56,324 nucleotides of DNA from an uncultured Brevinematales bacterium (GTDB lineage Bacteria; Spirochaetota; Brevinematia; Brevinematales; JAOACQ01), in assembly GCA_964392785.1 (NCBI GenBank), contig CAYMRH010000003.1:1-56324 (forward strand). The letters run 5' to 3'. Position numbers and translations under genes: made by a program. Shown one piece after another: positions 7,986 to 17,435 of this stretch. Below the pieces are notes generated by a model, which worked only from the letters and a program-made list of their open reading frames with translations, was not told where the DNA came from and searched no databases. How positions within the stretch are numbered: the stretch's first letter is position 1; every line of letters begins with the position of its first letter.

Positions 7986-8639
7986 CTACTTCCCGATCCG
8001 GTACCTCAGCCACACCGACCCGTCGGGCAGGGTTTCGGTGTGGAACAAAGTGACCGGCACGGTTTTTCCGCCCTTTTCCAGGTCGGGCGCGATGAAGATC
8101 CCGCTGTTGGTCTGCCCGCCCACAAGATAGGGGCACACCAGAAGGGAGAGTTCGTCCGCCAGGCCCTCGCGCAGGAGCGCCCCGTTGAGCGGCCCGCCGC
8201 TGTCCGTGCGGATGGTCTCGATGCGGTATTTCTTGCGGAGTTCTTCGAGGGCGCGGCGCAGGTCCACGAATTTTTTTCCGGCGCGGATGTAGGGCACGCC
8301 CAGGGACTTGAGAAAGGCGATGTGGTCTTCCGGAGTAATTTCCGAAACGAGGACGATCACGTCCTTCCAGAACGGTTCGCTGCGGATGCGCTCCAGGTTT
8401 TTCACCTGGCCCCGCGTGTCCACGATCACGAGCCACTGTCCGCTCGTCTTTTCCGCGTCGCGGGCCGGCGGTTTGCGGCCGTTGTCCCGGTAGGCGGCCA
8501 GGATCGTGCCGCTTCCGGACAGCATGGCGTCGGCCTGGAAGCGTCCGGCCAGTTCGTAGTAGAGGGCAATGTCGCCGCGGAAATGGTCCAGCCGTCCGTC
8601 CACGCTCACGGCGTTATGGATGATGACTTTCGGGAGCAA
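7986..8639 (-). CDS. RibD C-terminal domain / dihydrofolate reductase-like pyrimidine reductase family protein
   Basis: 217 aa. MLPKVIIHNAVSVDGRLD... and GGPLNGALLREGLADELSLLVCPYLVGG match the RibD_C reductase fold. Confidence 0.7.
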   Translation of the reverse strand: MLPKVIIHNAVSVDGRLDHFRGDIALYYELAGRFQADAMLSGSGTILAAYRDNGRKPPARDAEKTSGQWLVIVDTRGQVKNLERIRSEPFWKDVIVLVSEITPEDHIAFLKSLGVPYIRAGKKFVDLRRALEELRKKYRIETIRTDSGGPLNGALLREGLADELSLLVCPYLVGGQTNSGIFIAPDLEKGGKTVPVTLFHTETLPDGSVWLRYRIGK

Positions 8640-8773
8640 AACAACCTCCCGCGGAATATTTCACCACGAAGCCACAAAGAGCACGAAGATCATCTTTCGA
8701 ACACGGGCAGACACCAATTTTATCTTTCTCTTTGTGACTTTGAGTCTTTGTGGTTTAAGGAATCTATTGATTC

Positions 8774-9715
8774 TTATTTCTGGTCTCGAGACTCGGCAGA
8801 AGCCGGATTCATCCGGCCGAATTCCATGGTCCAGCACAGCGTGCCGGAGAGCGCGGCGATCAGGTTGTACTGCAGGCCCAGGGAAATCCGCGTGGGGATG
8901 CCGAACACGCTAAATCCGGAAAAATTCAGACCGCCGGTGGCGTTCCAGCCGCCGTATTCCAGGGTATAATTCCCGCCCGCCAGAAATGAAAATCCCGGCG
9001 TCACGCGGTATTCCAGTCCCGCCTTGAGCGTTTTGTAGTCTCCGTCCAGCGAAAAGGCGGCCATCAGGTCCAGGGCGGACAGCCGGTACAGCAAGGCGGC
9101 TTCCGCAAAAAAGGCGCGGATGTCAGACAGCCCGGCTGAAACCCCCACAAACAGGAAATCCAGCGCGTTCCACTGGCCGTATGCCCGCGCGCCGCCAACG
9201 GGATTGAACATGTAGGTGTATTCGGGAATCAGTTCCAGCCCGGCGTAAACGCCGGCACCGGCTAGCCAGCGGCCCGTTCTTAAAAAAGTCCACTGCCCTT
9301 TCAGGGCGAAAGAAAACGGAAAAACCATGTTGGAGGCGCCCGTGTCGTCATACGCGACAAAACCGGGCAGGTAAATCATGTCCGCGGCGAACGCCGTGTC
9401 CGGCAGTAAATCCGAAATCGTGAAGGTGTTCCGGAGCGCGGAAAAGTAAAACCAGGACGTGGCGATGTCCAGACGGCTCACGCGGTCCTGCGGCAGGCCC
9501 CGGTCCAGGGACAATATGCCGCCTGTGGCGATCACGTCCGTGCGGTTGGGCAGGAAGAATTCGGAGGAAAACAGCCCGTAGGCCGGCGTCCCGCCCGAAA
9601 AACTAACGGACCACCAGAACAGGATGGCGCACAGAAGAGGCGTCCACCGACACCACCAGGAAATAGATCCCCGGCTGGACGGTGCGCCCGAACTGGTCTT
9701 GACCATTCCAGACAT
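8774..9715 (-). CDS. Putative outer-membrane beta-barrel protein, possibly a PorP/SprF-like partner of the upstream T9SS-CTD cargo
   Basis: 313 aa with alternating hydrophobic residues, Gly/Tyr/Phe-rich, aromatic C-terminal region. A signal-peptide-like stretch (WTPLLCAILFWWSVSFSGG) lies downstream of a long N-region. The N-terminal ~37 codons overlap the 3' end of the S8 peptidase gene, so the start is uncertain. Confidence 0.45.
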   Translation of the reverse strand: MSGMVKTSSGAPSSRGSISWWCRWTPLLCAILFWWSVSFSGGTPAYGLFSSEFFLPNRTDVIATGGILSLDRGLPQDRVSRLDIATSWFYFSALRNTFTISDLLPDTAFAADMIYLPGFVAYDDTGASNMVFPFSFALKGQWTFLRTGRWLAGAGVYAGLELIPEYTYMFNPVGGARAYGQWNALDFLFVGVSAGLSDIRAFFAEAALLYRLSALDLMAAFSLDGDYKTLKAGLEYRVTPGFSFLAGGNYTLEYGGWNATGGLNFSGFSVFGIPTRISLGLQYNLIAALSGTLCWTMEFGRMNPASAESRDQK

Positions 9716-11702
9716 ACTCCTTGACCTGCACCGAATCGATGCGGGCCTCTCCGTAATCCCGGACCAGGCCGCCGTTTTTGTCGTACACGCGGGCCCGAAC
9801 GGTTTTTCCCACCTGCGCGTTGTTGGAGCGGAACAGGACGTAGAGTTTGTTGTCCTTGTCCCCGGTCGCGCTCAGGATATTGTTTTTGACGGACACGTCC
9901 AGGCGGTTGCTGACGGGCGCCGCGGTGAGCAGGAACGCAAGGTCCGCCACGCCGTAGCCGAAGGTGTTGGTCCACACGCCGGGGTTCGACTTGAAGGCGT
10001 TGGTCTTCGCGTTGGCCGTGAGGCGGATCCGCACGTCCTCCGCGGTCAGGTAGGGTTCCTTTTCCAGCATCTGGGCGATGATGCCCGTCACCACGGGCGC
10101 GGCCATGCTGGTTCCGCGCAGCGCGCGATAGTAGTCATTCACCTTGTCCGTAAAATTCTGACTGTAGGCCAGCGGCGCGATGATATAGGCGCCCGGCGCG
10201 GCCACGTCCGGCCGGTTTTTGCCGTCCCGCGTGGGTCCGCGGCTGGAAAACTCGGCAATGTCGGCCAGCGTCGATCCGGAGGCGACCGGCACTCCCAGGA
10301 AATTGGTGTAGTCCGTGCGCGTCACCATCGCGCCCACGGAAATGGCCTTCTTCTGGGCGGCCTGGCCTGTGAGAGTTCCGGAGTAATCCGGCGCGCTGAA
10401 CTGGTTCATGGTTGAGGAAGAGGAAACAATATATCCGTCCACCGCAACGGGAACAGGACGGTGCGCGAACACGATCTGCCACGTCCCGTTCTTGGATGAA
10501 TTCAGGTACAGGGACAGGCATTTTTCGTTCGCGCCGTTCGCATAGGACTGCATTTCCAGGTCTGAATTTTGATAGGATGAGAAACTGGACGTATTGGTAA
10601 ACCAGACATTCGTCTGGCCGTTCGGTTGAACCAGGGCTATTGTCAGATTGGAAAAATTATACCAGTATTCCATGAACACGCTGGAGCCGCCGCTGTAAAA
10701 GAACGACAGCGAGTTTGTCGATCCCACGGGCGTGAGATGCCGGGTGTGCACCGGTTCGTCCCCGCTGTTTCCGGCTGACCACACGACAATTTTTCCGGCG
10801 TCCCCGTAGAAATCCACCACGGCGTCCATGGCCATGTTGAAATCGTCGAATTCCGTGTGGCTTCCGGACATGGACCCCAAACTCAGGTTGATCACGCAGG
10901 GTTTGTTGTACTGCCTCGCCTTGTACATGATGTAACTCACCGCGTCCAGGATGCCGCCCAGGTTGTCGAAGGCGTATTTGACCACCACGAGCGTCGCCTG
11001 GGGCGAAACGCCCCCGTAAACTCCGGCTGAAGCGCTCCCGTTTCCCGCCGCGATCCCGGCCACGTGGGTGCCGTGGTAAATCAGTCCGTCTTCCATTGCG
11101 TCCCGGGAGGTGCAGACGCCGGTGTCGATGTCGTTCTTGGTCCACTCGCGCCCGTAGTCGAACCCGTACGGCCTGTTGCCGCCGGACTGCGTCTGGTCCC
11201 AGATAAACAGGATGCGCGACAGGCCGTTGTCCGTGGTGAAATCGGGATGGCTGATGTCGATGCCCGTGTCCACGATCCCCACGATCACGTCGTTGCCCCG
11301 GTAGCCGGCGGCTTCCGTCTGGTGGGCCGAAACGGTCACGCGCGCCTGGTCCATGTGCCTTTTCACGAAGGGCGTGTAGTTCAGGAAGTCCAGGGACGGT
11401 TCGGTTTTCAGCGCGGGCAGGGCGGTCAGCGGGACCAGCGCCGTGAAAAATTTCCCGGCGCGGGTCTGGACACGCGCGCCGTATTTCAGGAGGGAATTCG
11501 CGTCCCCTTTGCCGAACACCAGGATCTCCCGCGGCAGGGCGGTCCCCAGGGAAAACGCCTGCAGGAGGTTCCGGGACTTGTCCGGAAAACCGTCCAGTCG
11601 GCCCTGGCTCGCGCCGATCAGGCTCTCCAGGTAGGAATTGAACGTGGCCGCGCCCAGCGGAACGCAGAAAAAGAAAAGCAGAACGAACGCCCGGACCGTC
11701 AT
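9603..11702 (-). CDS. Secreted S8 (subtilisin-like) serine peptidase with a C-terminal T9SS-type sorting domain
   Basis: Signal peptide MTVRAFVLLFFFCVPLGAATF. Catalytic triad motifs GIVDTGID (Asp), HGTHVAGIAAGNG (His) and GTSMAAPVVTGIIAQ (Ser). The C-terminus VWNGQDQFGRTVQPGIYFLVVSVDASSVRHPVLVVR resembles the Por/T9SS CTD (also FlgD-Ig-like). Confidence 0.85.
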   Translation of the reverse strand: MTVRAFVLLFFFCVPLGAATFNSYLESLIGASQGRLDGFPDKSRNLLQAFSLGTALPREILVFGKGDANSLLKYGARVQTRAGKFFTALVPLTALPALKTEPSLDFLNYTPFVKRHMDQARVTVSAHQTEAAGYRGNDVIVGIVDTGIDISHPDFTTDNGLSRILFIWDQTQSGGNRPYGFDYGREWTKNDIDTGVCTSRDAMEDGLIYHGTHVAGIAAGNGSASAGVYGGVSPQATLVVVKYAFDNLGGILDAVSYIMYKARQYNKPCVINLSLGSMSGSHTEFDDFNMAMDAVVDFYGDAGKIVVWSAGNSGDEPVHTRHLTPVGSTNSLSFFYSGGSSVFMEYWYNFSNLTIALVQPNGQTNVWFTNTSSFSSYQNSDLEMQSYANGANEKCLSLYLNSSKNGTWQIVFAHRPVPVAVDGYIVSSSSTMNQFSAPDYSGTLTGQAAQKKAISVGAMVTRTDYTNFLGVPVASGSTLADIAEFSSRGPTRDGKNRPDVAAPGAYIIAPLAYSQNFTDKVNDYYRALRGTSMAAPVVTGIIAQMLEKEPYLTAEDVRIRLTANAKTNAFKSNPGVWTNTFGYGVADLAFLLTAAPVSNRLDVSVKNNILSATGDKDNKLYVLFRSNNAQVGKTVRARVYDKNGGLVRDYGEARIDSVQVKEYVWNGQDQFGRTVQPGIYFLVVSVDASSVRHPVLVVR

Positions 11703-11727
11703 GAAAACTTCCTTGACCGCGGCCGCG

Positions 11728-12375
11728 TCACAGCTCCCGGATTTTGGCGCAGAATTCCTCTATGTTTTTGTCCGTGAAAAACGCGGAGCCCATGACCAGA
11801 TAGTTCGCGCCGCAGGACAGCACCTGCATGTAATTGTCGCGCCCGATGCCGCCGTCGATCTGGATGTCCACCTTGCGGCCGCCGATGAGGTTCTTGAGTT
11901 CCCTCAGCCGCGCGAAGGATTCCGGCATGAATTTCTGCCCGGAAAAACCCGGTTCCACGCTCATCAGGAGCACCAGATCGATGCGGTCCAGGAACGGCTG
12001 CAGGTCCTCCACGGGCGTGGACGGTTTGACGGACACGCCGGCGGTTTTTCCGGACTTGCGCACGGCTTCCAGCACGGGAAAGATTTCCGAACGCGCGGAC
12101 TCGTAATGGACGGTGATGTGTTCCACCGGAAGTTCCAGGAACGCGCCGTAGCGTTCCGGCGTGTCCAGGTCGATCATGAGGTGCACGTCGGACGGGATTC
12201 CGCTTCTGGCCGCCACGTCCGCGATCACCTTGGCGCCGAAGGAAATATTGGGCACGAAGTGGTTGTCCATCACGTCGTAATGGATGCTGTCCACGCCCGC
12301 GCGCCGGAACAGATCCAGCGCCCGGGGCAGGTCGGAAAAATCGGCGGCAAAAAGCGACGGGGCGATCTTTCTCAT
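11728..12375 (-). CDS. rpe: Ribulose-phosphate 3-epimerase
   Basis: 215 aa collinear with Rpe (SLFAADFSDLPRALD, HYDVMDNHFVPNISFG, DGGIG...VMGSAFF). Confidence 0.9.
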   Translation of the reverse strand: MRKIAPSLFAADFSDLPRALDLFRRAGVDSIHYDVMDNHFVPNISFGAKVIADVAARSGIPSDVHLMIDLDTPERYGAFLELPVEHITVHYESARSEIFPVLEAVRKSGKTAGVSVKPSTPVEDLQPFLDRIDLVLLMSVEPGFSGQKFMPESFARLRELKNLIGGRKVDIQIDGGIGRDNYMQVLSCGANYLVMGSAFFTDKNIEEFCAKIREL

Positions 12376-12570
12376 GCCTCGACACCATAATAGAATATAA
12401 AAGCCGCATTGACAGACAGGTCATCCCGAGCGGACCTGTGGTGAGCGCTTCGACTTTGCTCAGCGTAAACTCCGTCGAAACAGACGAGGGATGCAATATT
12501 CCGATATGCAAATGGCCGTTTCTCGTCTCCGCTCGAAATGACCATTTGCTGTCCTGCCCAGGCGCTTCTT

Positions 12571-13680
12571 TTACGGGGCGTCATATTCCGTTTCCTTCAC
12601 GAAATTGTTGTTGATGACCAGAGACACGCGGGCTTTCCCGTAGGCCTTGAACGTGACCACGATGAATTCGTTGGGCACGGCGATCTTGGCCAGGATCTCC
12701 TGCTGCTGGCCGCGTTCGTCCGTCATGAGAACGCGCACCACGGGCTGTCCGGCCGCGGGATCGGCCGTTTCGTTCGTCACCGTCCCGCCCATGGAACCCA
12801 GCATATAGGAAAAGATGAAGTAATTGAACTTGCTTCGCTCCAGGTCGTCTTCCCCGTACACGCCCACCTGCAGCTTCAGGTCGGAATTGCGCGGGATCAC
12901 CGTGCCGGCGGCCGTGTTCTGGGACAAAATCATGCCGTCCTCGTCGGAATTCCTGGTCGGGATTTTCTCCAGGACGGGCTGGATGGAAGCGGCCAGAAGC
13001 GTTTTCACCACCAGGTCCGCTCCCTGCCGCGTGTAATCCTGCACGCGGAACTCCCCGCGCGCCACGTCGGAATTCACCAGGAGTTTCATCTTGACCGCGC
13101 GCTCCACTTCCCGGCCCTCCGCCAGGTCCTGGCTGATCACGGTGTCCACGGCGTAATCCGCGTTCTGGATGACCGTCAGTTCGTAGCCGATGTTTTTTTC
13201 CGAAAGGATTTTTTCCGCCTCGGCGCGCGAGATTCCCGTCACGTTGGGGACGGTATAGACGTCCCGGCCCATGCTGACCAGAAGCGTGACGGTGCGCCCC
13301 TTGCGGACGGTGATGCCCGAACGGGGAAACTGTTCGATCACGGTGAATTTTTCTATTCCGGCGTCGAACTTGCCGTCCACTTCCACGGCCAGCCCCTTTT
13401 CCTGCACCGCGATGGACGCGTCCACCACGTTCATACCTTTGACGGACGGCACCTTGGCGAGCGGTTTGGCAAGACTGGCGACCAGAAGGACCGCCACGGA
13501 CACCGCGGCGGCCAACAGCCCCGCGATGATCAGGAATAAAAACATTCTGCGGATGAACCGCGTGTAGATGTCGGCGCCCCTGGCGCTGAAATAATCCCGG
13601 GCTTTCGTTTCCGCCATTTTCACGGCGGCGCGGAATTTCCGGTAGGCTTCCCGCCAATCAAATTTCCGAGCTGCGTCCAT
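12571..13680 (-). CDS. Membrane-anchored PASTA domain-containing protein
   Basis: 369 aa. N-terminal cytoplasmic segment plus a TM helix (LFLIIAGLLAAAVSVAVLLVASLA) followed by repeated PASTA-like units (VPNVTGISRAEAEKILSEKNIGYEL...). Immediately upstream of fmt. Confidence 0.7.
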   Translation of the reverse strand: MDAARKFDWREAYRKFRAAVKMAETKARDYFSARGADIYTRFIRRMFLFLIIAGLLAAAVSVAVLLVASLAKPLAKVPSVKGMNVVDASIAVQEKGLAVEVDGKFDAGIEKFTVIEQFPRSGITVRKGRTVTLLVSMGRDVYTVPNVTGISRAEAEKILSEKNIGYELTVIQNADYAVDTVISQDLAEGREVERAVKMKLLVNSDVARGEFRVQDYTRQGADLVVKTLLAASIQPVLEKIPTRNSDEDGMILSQNTAAGTVIPRNSDLKLQVGVYGEDDLERSKFNYFIFSYMLGSMGGTVTNETADPAAGQPVVRVLMTDERGQQQEILAKIAVPNEFIVVTFKAYGKARVSLVINNNFVKETEYDAP

Positions 13681-13707
13681 GTCCTGCGTCTCCCAGTGTG
13701 GTCCGGT

Positions 13708-14649
13708 CTAAAAAGGCTTTCCGGCGGCCGGCCGGTAACCGTTCATGAACCCGGCAAAATCCATGTCTTTTTTCCCGGCGGGTTTGATTCTCCTCACGGA
13801 AACGGACCCTTCGCGGCAGGCCACCACCAGGGCGTTCCGGTCCGCCCGGATCACGGTCCCCGGCGCGCCGGATTCGCCGGACAACTCCACCTGCGTGAGA
13901 TAGACCGTTGTCCCTTCGCGCTCCGGGCCGCCGCGGTATTGGGTGAATACGCCCGGCCAGGCGCAATAAGCCCGCCATCTATTATAGATGTCCCGTGCCG
14001 TATTTTCAATAAACGAGACGCGGCCGTCCTCTTTCCGGATCAGGCGCGTCAGCGTGGCCCGGGATTCGTCCTGCGGCCTGGGGCGGGCCGTTCCGTTCTC
14101 CAGCTGCCGGACGGTTTCCTCCAGGATTTCCGCACCCATGCGCGCCAGCCGGCCGCACAGGCCGGGATATGTTTCGTCCGGCGCCAGGGCCGTTTCCTTC
14201 TGCAGGAGGATATCGCCGCGGTCCAGTTCCTTCACCATGGCCTGTACGGTCACGCCCGTCGTTGTGTCCCCGTTCGCGATCGCGGCCTGGATGGGAGACG
14301 CGCCGCGGTATTTCGGCAACAGAGATGCGTGGACGTTGACGGAACGCAGCCGCGGCAGGTGCAGCACGGATTCGGGAATGATCATTCCGTAGGACACGAC
14401 CGCGGACAGGTCCGGCCGCAGGGCCGCGAACTCTTGCTGGAAGGATGCGTCCTTCAGGTCGCACGGCTGGAGCACGGGAATACCGCGGTCCAACGCATAG
14501 CGCTTGACCGGGGTCATTCGGATTTCCTTCATGCCGCGACCGCAGCAGGCGTCCGTGTTCGTGATCACGGCCGCCACGCCGAAGGCCTCGTGGCAGAGTT
14601 CCAGGGAAGGCATGGAGAAATCCGAACTCCCCCAGAAAACCAGTTTCAT
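13708..14649 (-). CDS. fmt: Methionyl-tRNA formyltransferase
   Basis: 313 aa (MKLVFWGSSDFSMPSLE, SLLPKYRGASPIQAAIANGDTTTGVTVQAM). The conserved fmt-def gene pair. Confidence 0.9.
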   Translation of the reverse strand: MKLVFWGSSDFSMPSLELCHEAFGVAAVITNTDACCGRGMKEIRMTPVKRYALDRGIPVLQPCDLKDASFQQEFAALRPDLSAVVSYGMIIPESVLHLPRLRSVNVHASLLPKYRGASPIQAAIANGDTTTGVTVQAMVKELDRGDILLQKETALAPDETYPGLCGRLARMGAEILEETVRQLENGTARPRPQDESRATLTRLIRKEDGRVSFIENTARDIYNRWRAYCAWPGVFTQYRGGPEREGTTVYLTQVELSGESGAPGTVIRADRNALVVACREGSVSVRRIKPAGKKDMDFAGFMNGYRPAAGKPF

Positions 14650-15179
14650 AGCAGGATTTTCCCCAGTTTGGCGCGGTTTTTTTCCAGAAGGGCTTCCAGG
14701 ATTTCCGCGTTGGCGGTCTTGTCCTCGGGGGACAGGTGGTCTATGAAGAGAACGCCGTCCAGGTGGTCCATTTCATGCTGGAGGACCCGGGCGAACAGTT
14801 CGTCCGCGTCGATCACGAACGTCTTTCCGGACAACAGAGTCCCTTTCAGTTTGATGCTTTTGGGCCGGCGCACGCTGCCCCACACTTCGGGAAAGGAGAG
14901 ACAACCCTCCTGGTAGTCTTCTTCGTCGGCCGAACGGTGGATGATCTTCGGGTTGATGAGCGTGATCTTGCGTTCGCCGTTGGATTTCGTCAGGTCCACC
15001 ACCAGGATGCGCTTGCAGATCCCCACCTGGGGCGCGGCCAGGCCGATCCCGTTTTCGTCAGCCAGGGTGTCGTGAAGATCCGCGGCGATCCGGCGGATCT
15101 CGTCCGTAATGCCGCCGATTTCCTCCGATTTTTGCCTCAAAAGCGGGTTTCCGTAGGTGATAATTTCCCTTTTGGCCAT
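14646..15179 (-). CDS. def: Peptide deformylase
   Basis: GIGLAAPQVG, EGCLSFP and QHEMDHLDG motifs. 4 nt overlap with fmt. Confidence 0.9.
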   Translation of the reverse strand: MAKREIITYGNPLLRQKSEEIGGITDEIRRIAADLHDTLADENGIGLAAPQVGICKRILVVDLTKSNGERKITLINPKIIHRSADEEDYQEGCLSFPEVWGSVRRPKSIKLKGTLLSGKTFVIDADELFARVLQHEMDHLDGVLFIDHLSPEDKTANAEILEALLEKNRAKLGKILL

Positions 15180-15350
15180 GTTTTCCTGCCCTTCAGCCCT
15201 GAATATCAGCCCATATGATAAGCAAAAATCATCGAAATAACCACTATTTTAAAACCCTGAAAATAGGGCCCAAAAAGGTAATGGATTTAAGAAAACTTCC
15301 GATTTTTACTATGTTATCCGAGAGCCGCATTGGCGCAGAAGGAGAGGGTT

Positions 15351-16301
15351 ATGAAGTTCCAGAAACTCATCCTGACGGTCCTGATGATCTGCACGGGAAC
15401 CGCAGCGGGATTCTCCGTCATCAGCCGGACGCTGATCGATTTTTCCAAATACGATCAGAACCTGAAAGCCCAGTACACCGAACCCGAAGAGGGCTACGTG
15501 ACGAACATTGACGGCCAGCCCCAGGTCGTCCTGGGTTACAGGGACTACCTGCTGGAAAACTGGAGAGTGGACCTGAACGAAACTTCGTCCGGGATGGCCA
15601 ACAGGATTTACAGCTACTGCCGCCCCGTGGCCAGCCAGCGGTTCGAGACCGTCCTGGGCGCCCGGATCCACTTCCCGAACTGGCGTAACAATTCCTACGC
15701 GATCATCCGCCCGCCTTTCCCCATCCGGATTTACGACGAAAACGGCCAGTACGCCAACGCCGAAAACGGCGTGATGCCCAACGTGGCGGAAATCAAGACC
15801 ATGTCCATCTGGGTCAGCGGCCGGAACTACCGCTACGGCCTGGCCGTGCGCCTCATCGACCGCTACAGCAAGATCCACGAATTCTTCCTGGGCTGGATCC
15901 ATTTTGACGGATGGCGCAAGCTCGTGTGGACCAACCCCAATTATACCGAAACGGTGATCGCCAAGAGCCTGTCCCGCGAACCGCTCTACCCCTACGACAT
16001 CCCCTTCATGATGTTCGATTCCCTGGTCATCTACCGCCCGTCCGACCAGATCGGCGGCGATTTTGTGGTGTATTTCAAGTCCATCGAAATGGAATACACG
16101 CCGTACATCGTGGACACCACGTTCACCGACGACATCCGCGACGAAGAGGTGTGGGGCATCATCACCGCCAAGATGAAACGCCGCAAAGCCATCGAGGAAA
16201 AGCGGATGGTGGAAGACCTCTATCTCTATCAGCAGGAAAAGCGCCGCATCCAGGCCGCCAAGGACGAGGTCGGCGGACAGCGGACCGGGACCAACCGTTA
16301 G
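15351..16301 (+). CDS. Secreted hypothetical protein
   Basis: Signal peptide MKFQKLILTVLMICTGTAAGFS. The ORF listed from 15330 adds 7 residues. Aromatic-rich mature protein with no recognised domain. Followed by a strong terminator. Confidence 0.5.
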   Translation: MKFQKLILTVLMICTGTAAGFSVISRTLIDFSKYDQNLKAQYTEPEEGYVTNIDGQPQVVLGYRDYLLENWRVDLNETSSGMANRIYSYCRPVASQRFETVLGARIHFPNWRNNSYAIIRPPFPIRIYDENGQYANAENGVMPNVAEIKTMSIWVSGRNYRYGLAVRLIDRYSKIHEFFLGWIHFDGWRKLVWTNPNYTETVIAKSLSREPLYPYDIPFMMFDSLVIYRPSDQIGGDFVVYFKSIEMEYTPYIVDTTFTDDIRDEEVWGIITAKMKRRKAIEEKRMVEDLYLYQQEKRRIQAAKDEVGGQRTGTNR

Positions 16302-16324
16302 AACTGACGATTCATCATAGCCAC

Positions 16325-16363
16325 GGCGCCCCCGCTGACACCAGAGCGGGGGCGCTTTTTTTA
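16325..16363 (+). terminator. Rho-independent terminator
   Basis: GGCGCCCCCGC...GCGGGGGCGC stem followed by TTTTTTTT (16356-16363). Confidence 0.6.
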
Positions 16364-16462
16364 TTCCGACGGTCGCAGGCCGGAAACCCCAAACCTTCGA
16401 TGCGGTTTATTTGACACGATTTTTCCCAATTTCCACGCGGAATAATTTTTCCGTCCAAACTC

Positions 16463-16490
16463 TTTACAACGAAAGATTTTCCACTATAAT
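16463..16490 (+). promoter_or_regulatory. Candidate sigma70 promoter for the downstream membrane protein gene
   Basis: TTTACA (16463-16468), a 16 nt spacer, then TATAAT (16485-16490). Downstream direct repeats CAGTCAAAAATTTTCCG / CAGTCAAAATTTCCG (about 16507-16545) lie in the 5' UTR. Confidence 0.35.
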
Positions 16491-16652
16491 ATCGTTCGCC
16501 AATAAACAAAGCCTTCAGTCAAAAATTTTCCGGTCCAGTCAAAATTTCCGTGTTGTTGAAGCAGGACCTGTGAGCGGCAGGAACGCCAGAAAAACTCCCG
16601 GACGCAAAGCGCCGTTTTACCGGCGCCGGATGGGTGCCGGACGGAGCATCGA

Positions 16653-17360
16653 ATGAAAAAAAGCATGCAGGAATCCTTTGCGACCTATTCGTTCGCTCCG
16701 TTCATGCTCTCGCTGTACAAGAGCGATCTGGTCAAGCTGATCACGGTCACCAAGGGCCGTTTCCCGAAAGTGGACATCCAGATCGGGCGCAAACGCCTGG
16801 AAAACCGGATCAACGAACTGTCCGACCTGGAAGACCTGATCAAAAGGGACAAGTTCAAGCCGGTGGAGTACCGGTGTTTTTACATGAGCGTCCAGGCGTC
16901 GCTCGCCACCATGGTGGCCGCGAACCTGGTGCTGGAGATCTCGCCGGAATATTACAGCCTTTACGTGGCGGACTCGGCGGACGAAAACCTCAAGGACCTG
17001 GTCCGGGACATCAAGGCCATCGTGCGGAACCGGAACATTTACCGGTTTTTCCGGAACAAGGCCGTCACCGCGGCGGTTTTCGCGGTGGATTTCCTGCTGT
17101 TGGGTTATATCGTCCTGTTCAAGGATATGATCGAACGGAACCTGAACGTCACCATACCGGACGCGCTCTTCATTCTGTTCGCGGCCCTGGTGAACGGGAT
17201 GTTCCTGGTTCCGCACGGGAAGAACAAGATTTATCTCTTCCCGGAAACCCAGGTCCCGGCCCTGACGCGCAACCGGGAAATGCTGTTGGTGGGCGCGCTG
17301 ATGCTGGGCTTAGGCGTCACGCTGATCGTTGTTGTCCTGAGGGTGCTGAAGTTTATCTGA
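16653..17360 (+). CDS. Hypothetical integral membrane protein
   Basis: 235 aa with several predicted TM helices and realistic composition. The competing overlapping ORFs are Pro/Gly/Arg-rich shadow frames. Confidence 0.45.
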   Translation: MKKSMQESFATYSFAPFMLSLYKSDLVKLITVTKGRFPKVDIQIGRKRLENRINELSDLEDLIKRDKFKPVEYRCFYMSVQASLATMVAANLVLEISPEYYSLYVADSADENLKDLVRDIKAIVRNRNIYRFFRNKAVTAAVFAVDFLLLGYIVLFKDMIERNLNVTIPDALFILFAALVNGMFLVPHGKNKIYLFPETQVPALTRNREMLLVGALMLGLGVTLIVVVLRVLKFI

Positions 17361-17435
17361 TCCGATCGTCTGGACCGGAGTCTGTTGATAGGCCGGACCT
17401 GCAGTGGGATTGCAGACTGGGGAGGGGATTTTAAA

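Noticed and set aside
15330-16301. A possible identity of the secreted 15351..16301 protein as a spirochaete-type flagellar sheath protein FlaA
   Set aside because: The idea rests only on size, a signal peptide and flgM nearby. I could not recall a diagnostic motif, so it is left as hypothetical.
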